DNA of 64,000 nt, taken from a virus. Taxonomy: Duplodnaviria; Caudoviricetes. Made by a program: the position numbers and the translations under genes. The stretch covers positions 2,079-66,078 of IMG/VR virus record IMGVR_UViG_3300030419_007201; one strand, written 5' to 3'. Position 1 is the stretch's first letter, and each line of letters opens with the position of its first letter. Below the pieces are notes generated by a model that was not told where the DNA came from, searched no databases, and worked only from the letters and a program-made list of their open reading frames with translations. This document shows positions 20,320 through 30,600 of the stretch, piece by piece.

Positions 20320-21203
20320 AGCTCTAATAACTCCTTTACTCTATTACTATAAGTGTGGTTTTCTAAAATTAATTGCCTATTCTCTTCTTTTAAAGAAGTT
20401 AGATCTTTCTTGGCTAGCTCTTGTACTAACTGGCTCATTTCTTCTGGAGATTCGGCCAGAGGTACTTGTGGGAGTAACTTCTCCAACACAGAAATCTTAT
20501 CGCTTACTAGGACTCCTGTAAGGCCTAAAGATTTAAATGTTCTTTCACTAGTATCCAAGCCGAGTACTCTCTGATAAGCGTCGTGTACATTTACAGCCAG
20601 TTTACTATTATACAATATCTTGTTTTCCACATCGTGTGAAATCGCTTTATTAATGAATATGCCACATTTTAAGTCTGTCTTCAACAGCGGCTTGAAGTGA
20701 TCAATCATTATTTGTCTTTTCTCATTGAACCCATTATTTGCCCAGCCACCGATGAAACACACATCAAATTTATATCTCTCGTCTTCTAAAGGCTGATAGT
20801 TAATGTCATCATATGCCAAGTGTACAGTGTGGACTTTTTTCCATTTATAGTGGTAGTCCTCAATCTCGGTGAAAGACCACAAACGCACGTTATCCATTTC
20901 ATTTAATTGTGTAATTACATGATCTGGGCAGTTGGAAACGAAGTTGGGATGTGAGCCCCAAGGCTCTGGAAACTTATTTGGCTGTGCGTAGACATAAACC
21001 CTATCCGCAAGATTTAAATTAAAAATATCCTCATTTTTTATATCTGAATCTAGCGCCATGATCTGATGACGATCATTTGGCCTTATCTCGCTTAAAGAGT
21101 TATAATACTCTGTCTCATAACCTAGTTTTTCCCAAGCCGACTTATAGCCTTTATATATCCATCTTCCAGCATGTGAATTATGTCTTTTAATATAAATTTT
21201 CAT
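20316..21203 (-). CDS. GT-B (CgeB-like) glycosyltransferase
   Basis: DVCFIG, SERTFK, C-terminal ENHTYSNRV. Confidence 0.75.
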   Translation of the reverse strand: MKIYIKRHNSHAGRWIYKGYKSAWEKLGYETEYYNSLSEIRPNDRHQIMALDSDIKNEDIFNLNLADRVYVYAQPNKFPEPWGSHPNFVSNCPDHVITQLNEMDNVRLWSFTEIEDYHYKWKKVHTVHLAYDDINYQPLEDERYKFDVCFIGGWANNGFNEKRQIMIDHFKPLLKTDLKCGIFINKAISHDVENKILYNSKLAVNVHDAYQRVLGLDTSERTFKSLGLTGVLVSDKISVLEKLLPQVPLAESPEEMSQLVQELAKKDLTSLKEENRQLILENHTYSNRVKELLEL

Positions 21204-22120
21204 AAAGATACAATCTCCTTCAATAGCTTGGTCAATCTAATCTTTGATTCATGATCTTTGATAAAGCGATTATAGCCATTCTGTGCTATCATATTGGACA
21301 CCTCTGGTCTCTCTAACAACATTTTAGCTTTTATCATCATCTCTTTTGGGCTTTTGAAAGTAACGATCTCTTTGTCTATCTCGTAACACTCCTCCAATCC
21401 CGGAGCATATTCTGTAAACAATAGTGTCTTAGCGGCCGGCACTTCAAACATTCTGCCTTTAATCTGTAAAGTTGGCTTAGAGCCGTTATGGTTTTTACTA
21501 AAATTAATACCTATTCTGCTTTGCGCTATTGTTTTTAACATCTCCTTGTGTTGCAAGCCGTGAAAATGCTGTACATTCACTCCATTGCTTTTTAAATAAT
21601 CAACATAGGAAACTCTGTCTTGATTTAAATGCCCACAAAAGCTAATATCATGCTTTTTGTGTTGTTCTTCCTTTGGAAAAAGATCTATATTGGAATGCCA
21701 AAGGCCTAAAAGAATATTTTCGTACCCTGCTTCTTTTTTAAATTTCTCTAGATATGAAGCTTCTGGTGTTGAGCAAACATTGAAATAGTGACAAGCTTGT
21801 TTGGAAAAGTTCTCGAACCTCCACGTCTCATCACAAAACCAATTAAATGTCACAATCTCGCTAGATTCTGTATATTTCTTTACTTGACGCCATGGCTCTC
21901 TTGGGGCTATACTAGGATCGTTAGTAAAACAACAGTATATGAGATCCGGCTCAAAAGCGCTTACAACGCTGTCGTAGTCAGTTTCTTCAGCGACTGTATC
22001 ATACAGATATACATCATGTCCTAGTTCTACCAAGGGCAAGTATACATTCCAATAGCCTCCATCTATCCAAGTGTTCTTGCCGGAAGATAGAGTTTTGTTA
22101 AGCGTTAATAAAATCTTCAT
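21200..22120 (-). CDS. GT-B (CgeB-like) glycosyltransferase
   Basis: DISFCG, QIKGRMFEVP, IAQNGYNR..KDH...R. Confidence 0.8.
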   Translation of the reverse strand: MKILLTLNKTLSSGKNTWIDGGYWNVYLPLVELGHDVYLYDTVAEETDYDSVVSAFEPDLIYCCFTNDPSIAPREPWRQVKKYTESSEIVTFNWFCDETWRFENFSKQACHYFNVCSTPEASYLEKFKKEAGYENILLGLWHSNIDLFPKEEQHKKHDISFCGHLNQDRVSYVDYLKSNGVNVQHFHGLQHKEMLKTIAQSRIGINFSKNHNGSKPTLQIKGRMFEVPAAKTLLFTEYAPGLEECYEIDKEIVTFKSPKEMMIKAKMLLERPEVSNMIAQNGYNRFIKDHESKIRLTKLLKEIVSL

Positions 22121-22121
22121 T

Positions 22122-22967
22122 TTATAAAAATTTTGTCAATACCATCTCTGGTATTGTATCCCTCATACTACGTACTTTATCTATCAGCTCTTTGCCCTTA
22201 AGGCTGAACCATTCTTCTTCGGTAGCAGATACGTTGTCGTTGGTGATAACCTTGCATCCTAACATTCTAGCCTCGACGACGACGCGACATAAAGTCTCTA
22301 TTGTTTTTGGAAAAAAAACAAATGTTTCATTTTTTGACAATCTAACAATGAACTCTTCATACGCACATGGAGGTATCATCTCATATTTTAAATCTTTAGC
22401 CTTGCAGTAGATCAAAGCATCTCTAGTGTTCTTGTGATCTATAGGAGAATTCATAACAGAGTGGCATTCTGTTTTTTTATGGGCTGATAGTTCTTCTATT
22501 TTATTCAGTATCGATTCCGGCCATAGATTGCCGCCCACGCTTATAATATTGTCTAAATCTAAATTTTCTCTTGCTATATTAGCATGCTTTTCTGATTGGC
22601 AAAAGACTGCTAAAGCTGTCTCATATAAATCTTTATTAATGACATCTTCTGGTGGTGCCTTGTAGTTGTCGTATACTGCTGGGTTTCTTGACTTCAAATA
22701 CTTGTGATCATGTTCATACACGACATATTTAGCTTTATCCATCAAACAAATAGCCGAGTCTTCTTTTAGATTAATAAAATTTGATACCACAAAGCCAGCA
22801 TCTAGATTTTCTAATATATGTCCAGGTGTGAGAAGGTGGGAGTTGATTTTCAATACTTCGTGCCCTGAAGCCACGAATATATTCATTAATTCATGATTAT
22901 TTAACTCTCCGCCTCCCAAAACTCCATCGTCTACGAAAGCGTCTGCTATAAAAATAAATTTCATCAA
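22122..22967 (-). CDS. GT-B glycosyltransferase
   Basis: GGGE, ETLCRVVVEARMLGC. Confidence 0.75.
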   Translation of the reverse strand: MMKFIFIADAFVDDGVLGGGELNNHELMNIFVASGHEVLKINSHLLTPGHILENLDAGFVVSNFINLKEDSAICLMDKAKYVVYEHDHKYLKSRNPAVYDNYKAPPEDVINKDLYETALAVFCQSEKHANIARENLDLDNIISVGGNLWPESILNKIEELSAHKKTECHSVMNSPIDHKNTRDALIYCKAKDLKYEMIPPCAYEEFIVRLSKNETFVFFPKTIETLCRVVVEARMLGCKVITNDNVSATEEEWFSLKGKELIDKVRSMRDTIPEMVLTKFL

Positions 22968-24229
22968 TCAAATACCTTCTCATCTAAGTTTTCCAGCCAA
23001 GCGCCAACACTAAAATCTTCCTCTTCCCAGACAGCATCACAGAATTTACTGTATTGCTTTTCAGGCGTAAACTCTTCAAGTATGTGCTCTTTTAGCTTTT
23101 CAGCTTGTTTATTGAAGCGACCGATGTCTTTAAACATTTCACGCAATTTCATCTTATATGAACCCTGCTCAGCAAAACACCATTGTGAATCTTCCTGGAT
23201 CACTCCATCCCAAACAGCCTCTTTCTGAACTGGACCCAAGGTATAATCTACCTTAGCAAACATTGCTTTGTTTTTTGTTTTCCCTTTCTTATCTTTAACA
23301 GGTGCAAAAAGAAAGTCACAATGGCCGCTCCAATCTGGAGCTAATACAGGCAAATTATTGTAAGCTGCCTCAAACATAGGAAGCCCATAGCCTTCACCAT
23401 GTGTCAAGCTTACCATGGCCTTGATTTTAGGATGACTATAGAGCCCAGCCATCTCTTCGTTGGTCATATGCCCGTGTAAAAGATGCACACTGCACTTTCT
23501 TTGTGGGTATCTAGATAAAAGCTCAGTAATCGCTCTTTCAGTTAGGTGCTTGTCTCTAACACCATTTCGTCCCAGAAAGCCTTTAATAACCAAGCCCACT
23601 GGCTGGTCAATAAACTCTTCGACAAACCACTGAATCGTATTGGCGACATTCTTTCTTGGACCCAGTTGAGATACTAAAAGAAAATTAAAATCATGCTTCA
23701 GATCTAGATCTAGATTTTCTGGCTCAAAATCCCTGAAACAATAATTTACAACATCGATTGGTGTCTCTACCTTCCAATTTCGCACTATTTCACCAGTGTC
23801 TCTGTTGGTAATATCGTACCAAGTCGACTCATAAACTTGCTTTGCATGGTTAGAGACAACAATAATTTTATCCATCAAAAACGATTTTTCAATCCACTGA
23901 GGTGCTACCTTAGTTGTTTCTATACCTGCCGTATAGCCAATGTTAATTGGAGCTATTTTTTCCCACTCATTGGGAATTGTCACCTGCAACGATATATCGT
24001 ACTGTCCGCCAGATTGTCTATAGTTAATAGTCTTCTTAAAGATACTATCTAGCCATGCTCTCTCTTCGTCGTCTTCTTGAATCCAACCAGTGTTTCCCCA
24101 GCTAATATTTTCTATATAAATATCAAACAAGTCTTCTTTGTGTCTCAAAGCTCGGAGTGCGAAACGACATTGCTCACCATATCCAGATCGTGACATGGCC
24201 GGTCCTTTGACCAATATCTTTTTTCTCAT
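22964..24229 (-). CDS. GT4-like glycosyltransferase
   Basis: SGYG, RKN, GEGYGLPMFEA. Confidence 0.85.
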   Translation of the reverse strand: MRKKILVKGPAMSRSGYGEQCRFALRALRHKEDLFDIYIENISWGNTGWIQEDDEERAWLDSIFKKTINYRQSGGQYDISLQVTIPNEWEKIAPINIGYTAGIETTKVAPQWIEKSFLMDKIIVVSNHAKQVYESTWYDITNRDTGEIVRNWKVETPIDVVNYCFRDFEPENLDLDLKHDFNFLLVSQLGPRKNVANTIQWFVEEFIDQPVGLVIKGFLGRNGVRDKHLTERAITELLSRYPQRKCSVHLLHGHMTNEEMAGLYSHPKIKAMVSLTHGEGYGLPMFEAAYNNLPVLAPDWSGHCDFLFAPVKDKKGKTKNKAMFAKVDYTLGPVQKEAVWDGVIQEDSQWCFAEQGSYKMKLREMFKDIGRFNKQAEKLKEHILEEFTPEKQYSKFCDAVWEEEDFSVGAWLENLDEKVFD

Positions 24230-25485
24230 GTTACCTCTTTTAATGTCCAGGTTTGGTAGTTCTTACGTGTATCCCAAGAGCCACTCTTTTCATGAATTTG
24301 TGTTAATAGCTCATCCCATTTACTACCAAATTCTTCAAAACTATAGTTTTTTTGCAGGTGGGCTCGGCCCTTTTTGCCCATACTCTGGTGTTTCTTTTTA
24401 GTCATTTTATACATCTTTTCCAAAGCATCGACAAAATCTTGCTCATTGAGTCTATCCTCGTAAATGTAAGGAATATCCTGCGACCCAATAATGGCCTTGG
24501 AGGCCGGCTCGATTCCAATTCCAAACCAGTCCTTTCCATTGGTCACCTGCTCTTGCAAGCCCCCAGTCATGCAGACAATGATTGGTGTTTCGCATGAGAG
24601 CGACTCTAAAGTTGCCAATCCAAATCCCTCTGCATCAGAGATATTGACCGTGCAATGAGCTACATTGTATAGCATTGATAACTGTTGTGGCGGCAGTTTT
24701 TGTGTTGAAAAGACAACCTCTCCATTTGTCATCCCTAACTTATCTAAAATGGCTTGCAAATCTTGACCATATGGATCCTTTGGATCTGTGTGCATCATTA
24801 GCATGGCCTTGTCGCTTCCTACTCTCTCTAAGAACTTTTTCCACCAAAAAATCAAAGTTCCACTCTGCTTTCTTCTGGCATTTCTGTTGTTCCAAAAAAA
24901 TATTTTTTTACCTTTATGAGCCTGTAAAAATTCATCTCTAAATTTTTGTACATCCTCGTCTGGAAGCTTTTTAAAAATATCCGGATTAACAGCATGCGGA
25001 AGATAGTGTGCTTCAACATTTTGTGTCACGTTTTGTACAATATCGTGTGTAACTTTTGAAATGCTCACTATAACATCATTGCTTTCATAAGCGAATTTAT
25101 TAAAATCGGGATATGGATAGTTATCCCAAACATGATAATAGACCATGGGCATGTGGCAACGAATCTCGTCCTCCATCTCCCACAGCCATCCCCAGAAGCG
25201 AGGATCGGTCATAAACCACAGCATGTCTGGTCGCTCAGTTCTCATGAGTGAGCGAACTAGATCTTGTGTGCCGTATCCATCGACGGGATACATAACCCAG
25301 TCATCGCCCCATTCTTCAGTTTTTATTGGTTCGTAGCTTTCATGTTTAACGGCGCCGCCAACAGAAACAACTTTGTATTTCCCTGTTTTTAGCAAACACT
25401 CAATCATGTATCTTGTTTGAGTTCCAACCCCAGATGGGGATAAAGGATGATCACTTAGAGTAAGGATCTTAATTTTATCTGACAC
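24226..25485 (-). CDS. GT4-like glycosyltransferase
   Basis: SGVG, NRNARRKQ, EGFGLATLES. Confidence 0.85.
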   Translation of the reverse strand: MSDKIKILTLSDHPLSPSGVGTQTRYMIECLLKTGKYKVVSVGGAVKHESYEPIKTEEWGDDWVMYPVDGYGTQDLVRSLMRTERPDMLWFMTDPRFWGWLWEMEDEIRCHMPMVYYHVWDNYPYPDFNKFAYESNDVIVSISKVTHDIVQNVTQNVEAHYLPHAVNPDIFKKLPDEDVQKFRDEFLQAHKGKKIFFWNNRNARRKQSGTLIFWWKKFLERVGSDKAMLMMHTDPKDPYGQDLQAILDKLGMTNGEVVFSTQKLPPQQLSMLYNVAHCTVNISDAEGFGLATLESLSCETPIIVCMTGGLQEQVTNGKDWFGIGIEPASKAIIGSQDIPYIYEDRLNEQDFVDALEKMYKMTKKKHQSMGKKGRAHLQKNYSFEEFGSKWDELLTQIHEKSGSWDTRKNYQTWTLKEVT

Positions 25486-25499
25486 TGTTACCTCTCGTA

Positions 25500-26288
25500 T
25501 TATTTACATAACTCTGTCTTATATAGTGGACAGCCAAATCCTGATTGGCAGGACATTCTGTTCTTTATATAATTTTTTCTTTGAATATTGTATACCGCCT
25601 TATTCAAAAGTTTAAGGGCATTTTCAATTTTTTTCTTGCCACTCGACACCTTGAAGATTTCAATATTATTTTTTTTAGCAGTTCTCTTGACGAGAGCAAA
25701 GTATGTGTCAATTTTTGATGGATCGATATTGTGCTTTTTAGCATAATAATTTTTGTATAAAGTTAACTGATACGTGATCATTGTGTCGGCTTTCTTTCGA
25801 GCATCCCAGCCCCAAGAACAAGTCTTCCAATCAATAATAATATAGCGATCATCTTTTTTAAGTACAACATCAATAAATCCTTTAAAATATAAATCTTCTT
25901 GGTTATCTATTTCCAGAGGTACATATAGTTCTTCTTCCGAAGAAACCACTTCAAAATTACCAAACTTCTCTTTAAGAGCTGGATATGATAGAGACGACAA
26001 CATTTTACCTTGCTCATACATATCAGCAATCAAATCCGGATTTGTCTTTACGTTGCTTAAGCTCAATTCTCCTAGTTCTTGGATAAAAGCATGCTGGAAA
26101 ACGTTTTCATACTTTAGATGCTTTCCTTCCTCTAGCAAGGATTTTTCATAGGTAGTATGAATTGCAGTTCCGAATGCAGTATATTCATTGCCTTTAAAGG
26201 GCCTAAGCTTATCGATATGAGATACCTTATGATAATAAGGGCAAAACTTCCAATCTTTTAACGCGGAGTAAGAAATATGACTCTTCAT
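25500..26288 (-). CDS. PD-(D/E)XK nuclease (RecB/Cas4-like)
   Basis: SYS...CP, GTAIH, GFID...IIDWKT, QLTLY, C-terminal C..CP...C. Confidence 0.85.
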   Translation of the reverse strand: MKSHISYSALKDWKFCPYYHKVSHIDKLRPFKGNEYTAFGTAIHTTYEKSLLEEGKHLKYENVFQHAFIQELGELSLSNVKTNPDLIADMYEQGKMLSSLSYPALKEKFGNFEVVSSEEELYVPLEIDNQEDLYFKGFIDVVLKKDDRYIIIDWKTCSWGWDARKKADTMITYQLTLYKNYYAKKHNIDPSKIDTYFALVKRTAKKNNIEIFKVSSGKKKIENALKLLNKAVYNIQRKNYIKNRMSCQSGFGCPLYKTELCK

Positions 26289-26301
26289 TCAATCCTCTTT
26301 A

Positions 26302-26997
26302 TTATTCTTCTATAGAATGTAGTAACTGCAACTTGCCGAATAAAACAGGGCTAGTCTGCATTACGTATTTTGGGTTTCCTAGATAAAAATGTTCAAAACC
26401 ATTTGCAAAATATTCTTTTAGCGATGTGGCGCCATAAGGAGAAGAATAGAGGCCACTTGTTAAATTGTTCAACCTACTGTAGCCAACCTCTTGATGTAGG
26501 AACTCGTCGAATTCTTTTGAATACTCAACATTAAAAAAATCGTATTTTTCTACATTGTATCTCTGGTGTTTCAGTATACGTCTCATTTTTGATCTTTTTC
26601 CTAAGAACTCTTGTTCCAGTATGCCGTCACCATAGATCTCATATCCATAGGTTGTTTCTACTGCATGAGCTATCTCATGTACTATATCATCAAGCATATC
26701 CATGTTATTATCTTGCAGATTGGTAACGTATATTGCGCCGTTATCATATACTGCGTTGACTGATCGATCGATCAAATCTTGAAACTGACCAACATAGACT
26801 GCATCGACGCCATAGACCATGTGAGATGGGATTATTCTTTCTAAATCATCTAGCACGGCCTGTACCTGTATGTTTTCAGGTGGCTTGTCTTTAACAAATA
26901 CATTAATAGAGCCATAAAGCGGATACTGCTTTCTTTCGCTCATCACTCTCATATGAGAGCGTGCAATGTATGTTATTATTTTATTCCTTGTCTTCAT
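26302..26997 (-). CDS. Zincin-like metallopeptidase domain protein
   Basis: HEIAH plus downstream YGATSLKEYFA. Confidence 0.65.
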   Translation of the reverse strand: MKTRNKIITYIARSHMRVMSERKQYPLYGSINVFVKDKPPENIQVQAVLDDLERIIPSHMVYGVDAVYVGQFQDLIDRSVNAVYDNGAIYVTNLQDNNMDMLDDIVHEIAHAVETTYGYEIYGDGILEQEFLGKRSKMRRILKHQRYNVEKYDFFNVEYSKEFDEFLHQEVGYSRLNNLTSGLYSSPYGATSLKEYFANGFEHFYLGNPKYVMQTSPVLFGKLQLLHSIEE

Positions 26998-27298
26998 CGT
27001 CAGTAACTAGTTCTAGTTGCTGCTTATCTGACTCCGAATTGTCATTGTTGTAAAAGTTTTTAGCATCATCTAATGCTTGCTCATAGCCACGAAAATAATT
27101 CTCTTCAGCCACAGCCAAGACAAATTCTGGAAACTCTGTTGCCATAATATCCACGATCATGGCCACGGTAACATTGCCGTCAGGAGGATCATATGTTTGA
27201 CCTACATACTGTAGAATCATTTCTTTCATAGGGCTATCCTTGTGGACAATTTCTTGCAGAATTGGATTTTGTACTGTTTCTTGTTCTAAGTTGGACAT
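26981..27298 (-). CDS. Hypothetical protein
   Basis: 105-aa ORF with RBS GAGG. Confidence 0.7.
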   Translation of the reverse strand: MSNLEQETVQNPILQEIVHKDSPMKEMILQYVGQTYDPPDGNVTVAMIVDIMATEFPEFVLAVAEENYFRGYEQALDDAKNFYNNDNSESDKQQLELVTDDEDKE

Positions 27299-27410
27299 TC
27301 TTCCTCACATACAAATTGCATATGCATTTGTTAATATCATTATTACACAGTTAATGCTCATTTGTTTCTCCTTAATTAATAATATAGCAACTATAATTAG
27401 TCTTGTTAAA

Positions 27411-28715
27411 TTAAAGTATCTTAGCAGCCAATGTCGCTATTTTCGAGCGCTCTCCCTTGACCAATGTTATGTGTCCTGATAAATCATGTTCCTTAAGCTT
27501 CTCGATAGCATATGACAATCCATTAGTCGTAGCATCTAAATATGTATCATCTATTTGCTCTATGTCTCCAGTTAGAATAATTTTAGTACCTTCGCCAACA
27601 CGAGTAACGATCGTTTTAAGTTCGTGAACCGATAGGTTCTGCGCTTCGTCAATAATAATGTATGAATTAGATATGGATCTTCCTCTTATGTATGTTAATG
27701 CCTCAATCTGGATCGTCCCGTCTTCAAAGAATAAATCCATACTATTCTTCTTACCATTCATGAGAAAATCTAAATTATCTTGAATCGGCATCAGCCATGG
27801 CCTCATCTTTTCTTCCAATGTCCCTGGAAGATATCCTATATCCTTGCCTAATGGCTGTACTGGTCTTGAAACTATTAAACGACTGTATTCTTCTTTTTCT
27901 AATACTTGTTCTAACCCTGCGGCCATGGCCAGCAATGTTTTTCCACACCCTGCCTTGCCAATAATAGTAACAATTGGAATACTTGGATCTAGTAACATAT
28001 CGAGCGCGAATGACTGTTCTTTGTTTCGCGGTGTCAATCCCCAAATATTTTTATAATCTCTTACTTTTTTCAGAGGAGTGTTATAATTTATAAACCTAGC
28101 TAGTGCGGTTTTTTTATCATTAGAATTTGATATTAACATAACAAATTGATTTGGATCGATCTTTATCTCTTCTTCTTCCAACCTAATATCTTCATTAGCA
28201 TAAAATTGATCAACGATCTGATCGTCGACAAGGTGTGTTTTAAATCCAGTATATAATTCACTAGTATCGCTAACGACCTGATCTGAAATATAATCTTCGC
28301 AGATTATTGACAAAGCATCGCACTTTACTCTCATATTAATATCGCGAGAAACAACAATAACTTTTCTCTTGGGATTGCTTTGTTTTTCTGTAATTGCAGT
28401 AGCTATAATCTGATTATCCGGATGGTTTAAGTCAAGGCCTTCCGGGATTACATCTGGATCATAGTTTCTAATAGATAGTATGCCTTTGCCCTTTTCTATC
28501 CTGACTCCTTTATACAGATTTCCCTTTTCTCTCAGGGAGTCCAATATTCGAATCGAAACTCGGGCATTCGAGCCAACACCATCTTGTCTTTTTTTGTGTT
28601 TGTCAATTTCTTCTAACACTGTCAGTGGAACTATAATGTCATTATTCTTATATGTATATAATGATTTCCAATTTGTTAAAAGAACGTTGGTATCTAAAAC
28701 ATAAGTTTTCTTCAT
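27411..28715 (-). CDS. phoH: PIN-domain PhoH-family ATPase (PhoH2 type)
   Basis: VLDTNV PIN domain; GKAGCGKT, IGYLPG, YIRGRS, IIDEAQN, GDIEQID. Confidence 0.92.
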   Translation of the reverse strand: MKKTYVLDTNVLLTNWKSLYTYKNNDIIVPLTVLEEIDKHKKRQDGVGSNARVSIRILDSLREKGNLYKGVRIEKGKGILSIRNYDPDVIPEGLDLNHPDNQIIATAITEKQSNPKRKVIVVSRDINMRVKCDALSIICEDYISDQVVSDTSELYTGFKTHLVDDQIVDQFYANEDIRLEEEEIKIDPNQFVMLISNSNDKKTALARFINYNTPLKKVRDYKNIWGLTPRNKEQSFALDMLLDPSIPIVTIIGKAGCGKTLLAMAAGLEQVLEKEEYSRLIVSRPVQPLGKDIGYLPGTLEEKMRPWLMPIQDNLDFLMNGKKNSMDLFFEDGTIQIEALTYIRGRSISNSYIIIDEAQNLSVHELKTIVTRVGEGTKIILTGDIEQIDDTYLDATTNGLSYAIEKLKEHDLSGHITLVKGERSKIATLAAKIL

Positions 28716-28810
28716 GTAGCATCTCGCTTATAATAAATAGTGTTCTAATCCAATAAAATAAGTTAATTTACTTGATTCACCCTAGTTAATTATATGAGGT
28801 TAATCTTCAC

Positions 28811-29641
28811 ATGAAATATAATAGCAAAGTTTTTTTTCTAATTTTAGCATTTTTTATGCTTAGCTTTGCTGGCTGCTCTGGTACAACAGCAAATTCAATA
28901 AAAAAAGTACATTTTCCAATAAAGTCTTTTGTGAAATTTGAATCTAAACTCTATCGATTGAAATGTACTCCGAGAGACCCAGAAGATATGAATTCAGCTT
29001 GTCGAGAACAAATTGATGGAGCAACTGGATCTGGGTCTGTAGTAGGAGAGTCAGTTGATGGTGTTTATATCCTGACTGCTGGTCATATGTGTGATAGAAA
29101 AGGCGATTTGCTTAATTTCAACAACATGTTAGGAAGAGAGATAGAAGAACCAATTGAAGAAAAGTATTACGTACATGATATCGATCTTTTTCAATACAAT
29201 GTCAAAGTATTAGAATTTGATAAAGAGGATGACGTATGTTTAGCTTTTGCTTGGGGGTTGTTTGCGCCGTCACTCAAACTTTCCAAGAAGGGTCCAGAAA
29301 TTGGTGAAAAAGTATATAATATGGCTGCGCCGGCTGGCTACATGTCTGCACGAGCTGTACCACTTTTTGAAGGAAGATATTTTGGACAGGGTAAAGATAT
29401 GGATCTCTATACAGTTCCAGCTGTAGGGGGTAGCTCTGGGTCACCTATCTTCAACAAAGATTCTGAAGTTGTTGGGATGATTTACGCTAGGCACTCTCAT
29501 TTTCATGAGATTACTATCTCTCCAAGACACAAGCGCTTGATTCAGTTTGTTATGGAAGGTATAAAAAAAGACGTGGCGATCAGGAATAAGTCCCATTCGG
29601 TACCACGTCTCAAAGGATTAAAAATCAAAATTAGTGATTAA
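28811..29641 (+). CDS. Trypsin-like serine protease, predicted lipoprotein
   Basis: Lipobox FAGC; TAGH, D and GGSSGSP catalytic motifs. Confidence 0.85.
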   Translation: MKYNSKVFFLILAFFMLSFAGCSGTTANSIKKVHFPIKSFVKFESKLYRLKCTPRDPEDMNSACREQIDGATGSGSVVGESVDGVYILTAGHMCDRKGDLLNFNNMLGREIEEPIEEKYYVHDIDLFQYNVKVLEFDKEDDVCLAFAWGLFAPSLKLSKKGPEIGEKVYNMAAPAGYMSARAVPLFEGRYFGQGKDMDLYTVPAVGGSSGSPIFNKDSEVVGMIYARHSHFHEITISPRHKRLIQFVMEGIKKDVAIRNKSHSVPRLKGLKIKISD

Positions 29642-29862
29642 CTATCTTGATTTTGCGAAATAATATACTTCTGTAATACTAACAAGCTTTCTTCTGCTTG
29701 AGACAGCTTATTAGTCCAATTCTTCAACTCGCCTAGGATATCAGAATGTTCAGCTACCGGGGTGGGATTATTTAGATATAAACCCAGCATAGCCAGCGCT
29801 TCGTTTTTCTCTGATTCATAGTGAGCTATTAATGAATTAAGTAATGTATTTGGTATATTCAT
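29638..29862 (-). CDS. Hypothetical helical protein
   Basis: 74-aa ORF with RBS AGGA. Confidence 0.65.
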   Translation of the reverse strand: MNIPNTLLNSLIAHYESEKNEALAMLGLYLNNPTPVAEHSDILGELKNWTNKLSQAEESLLVLQKYIISQNQDS

Positions 29863-29870
29863 TTTATCCT

Positions 29871-30290
29871 TTATTCGATCTTAATACTAAGCGGCCTTGC
29901 CTCTTCTTTTCGCGGCAAGACCAGCGTTAACAAACCATTATTAAATTGAGCAGTAGTATTGCTTAGATCTAAATTATTGTCATAGTTTACATATGTCTTA
30001 GTAAAACTACGACGAGCGATTCGACGCTTATCATCTCCTCCCTCTGATCTATTAGCGCTAACCGTAATCGTGTTTTTTTCTGGCTTAATCTCTACATTAA
30101 GATCATCCTTGGTAAACCCGGCTAAGGCAAACTCCATTATTGTCTCTCCGCTCTCGTTTTGATACATATCAGCCACAGGATATCCCTGTGTAGTTCGATT
30201 CATCAATGTAGGAATGTCCATGGCATTAAATAAATCATCGAATACGCTCCTACCAAGTAGGCTAGGTCTGTAAGTTGTTAAAGTGGTCAT
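29871..30290 (-). CDS. Small heat-shock protein (Hsp20/IbpA family)
   Basis: YP, ALAGF, IARRSF, NGLLT, C-terminal IKI motif. Confidence 0.92.
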   Translation of the reverse strand: MTTLTTYRPSLLGRSVFDDLFNAMDIPTLMNRTTQGYPVADMYQNESGETIMEFALAGFTKDDLNVEIKPEKNTITVSANRSEGGDDKRRIARRSFTKTYVNYDNNLDLSNTTAQFNNGLLTLVLPRKEEARPLSIKIE

Positions 30291-30353
30291 AATTATTTTC
30301 TCCTTATTATAAGCAAGTTAAATTTAGCAACCCATAAGGCGTTGCTTAAGGTA

Positions 30354-30381
30354 AGATTAAGCACCTTATCTTGCTAGTCAA
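30354..30381 (-). promoter_or_regulatory. Promoter upstream of hsp20 (TTGACT-N16-TAATCT)
   Basis: Same architecture as the repeated promoters at 60.1-63.8 kb, including GGTGCT immediately before the -10. Confidence 0.6.
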
Positions 30382-30395
30382 GAAAAAAATATTTT

Positions 30396-30587
30396 TTATT
30401 CACGAATTTCTGCAGTATCTAATTCATCTGCTACATCTGTATCTGCTTCTTCATCAGAATCCAATACTTCCACTACATCAGTCGCGGATGTAGCATCAGC
30501 GTCAGTAGTTTCGATATCTTCACTGGAGGTGCATGCAAAAAACATACACGACATAACAAACATTAAAATAACACTATAAATTTTCAT
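30396..30587 (-). CDS. Small acidic lipoprotein
   Basis: Signal peptide ending FFAC; D/E/T-rich tail; RBS AGGAG. Confidence 0.65.
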   Translation of the reverse strand: MKIYSVILMFVMSCMFFACTSSEDIETTDADATSATDVVEVLDSDEEADTDVADELDTAEIRE

Positions 30588-30600
30588 AATTTTCTCCTTT

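Noticed and set aside
6443-25485. Bacterial chromosomal O-antigen/capsule locus
   Set aside because: No flippase, polymerase or export genes; the flanks are phage-type genes and the window lacks a bacterial housekeeping context.
25500-26288. Cas4-like nuclease as evidence of a CRISPR-Cas system
   Set aside because: It is a stand-alone PD-(D/E)XK nuclease, common in phages; no array or other cas genes are seen.
30323-30348. Canonical CIRCE operator
   Set aside because: Arms are one base shorter on each side and differ from the consensus; kept only as a low-interest hairpin.
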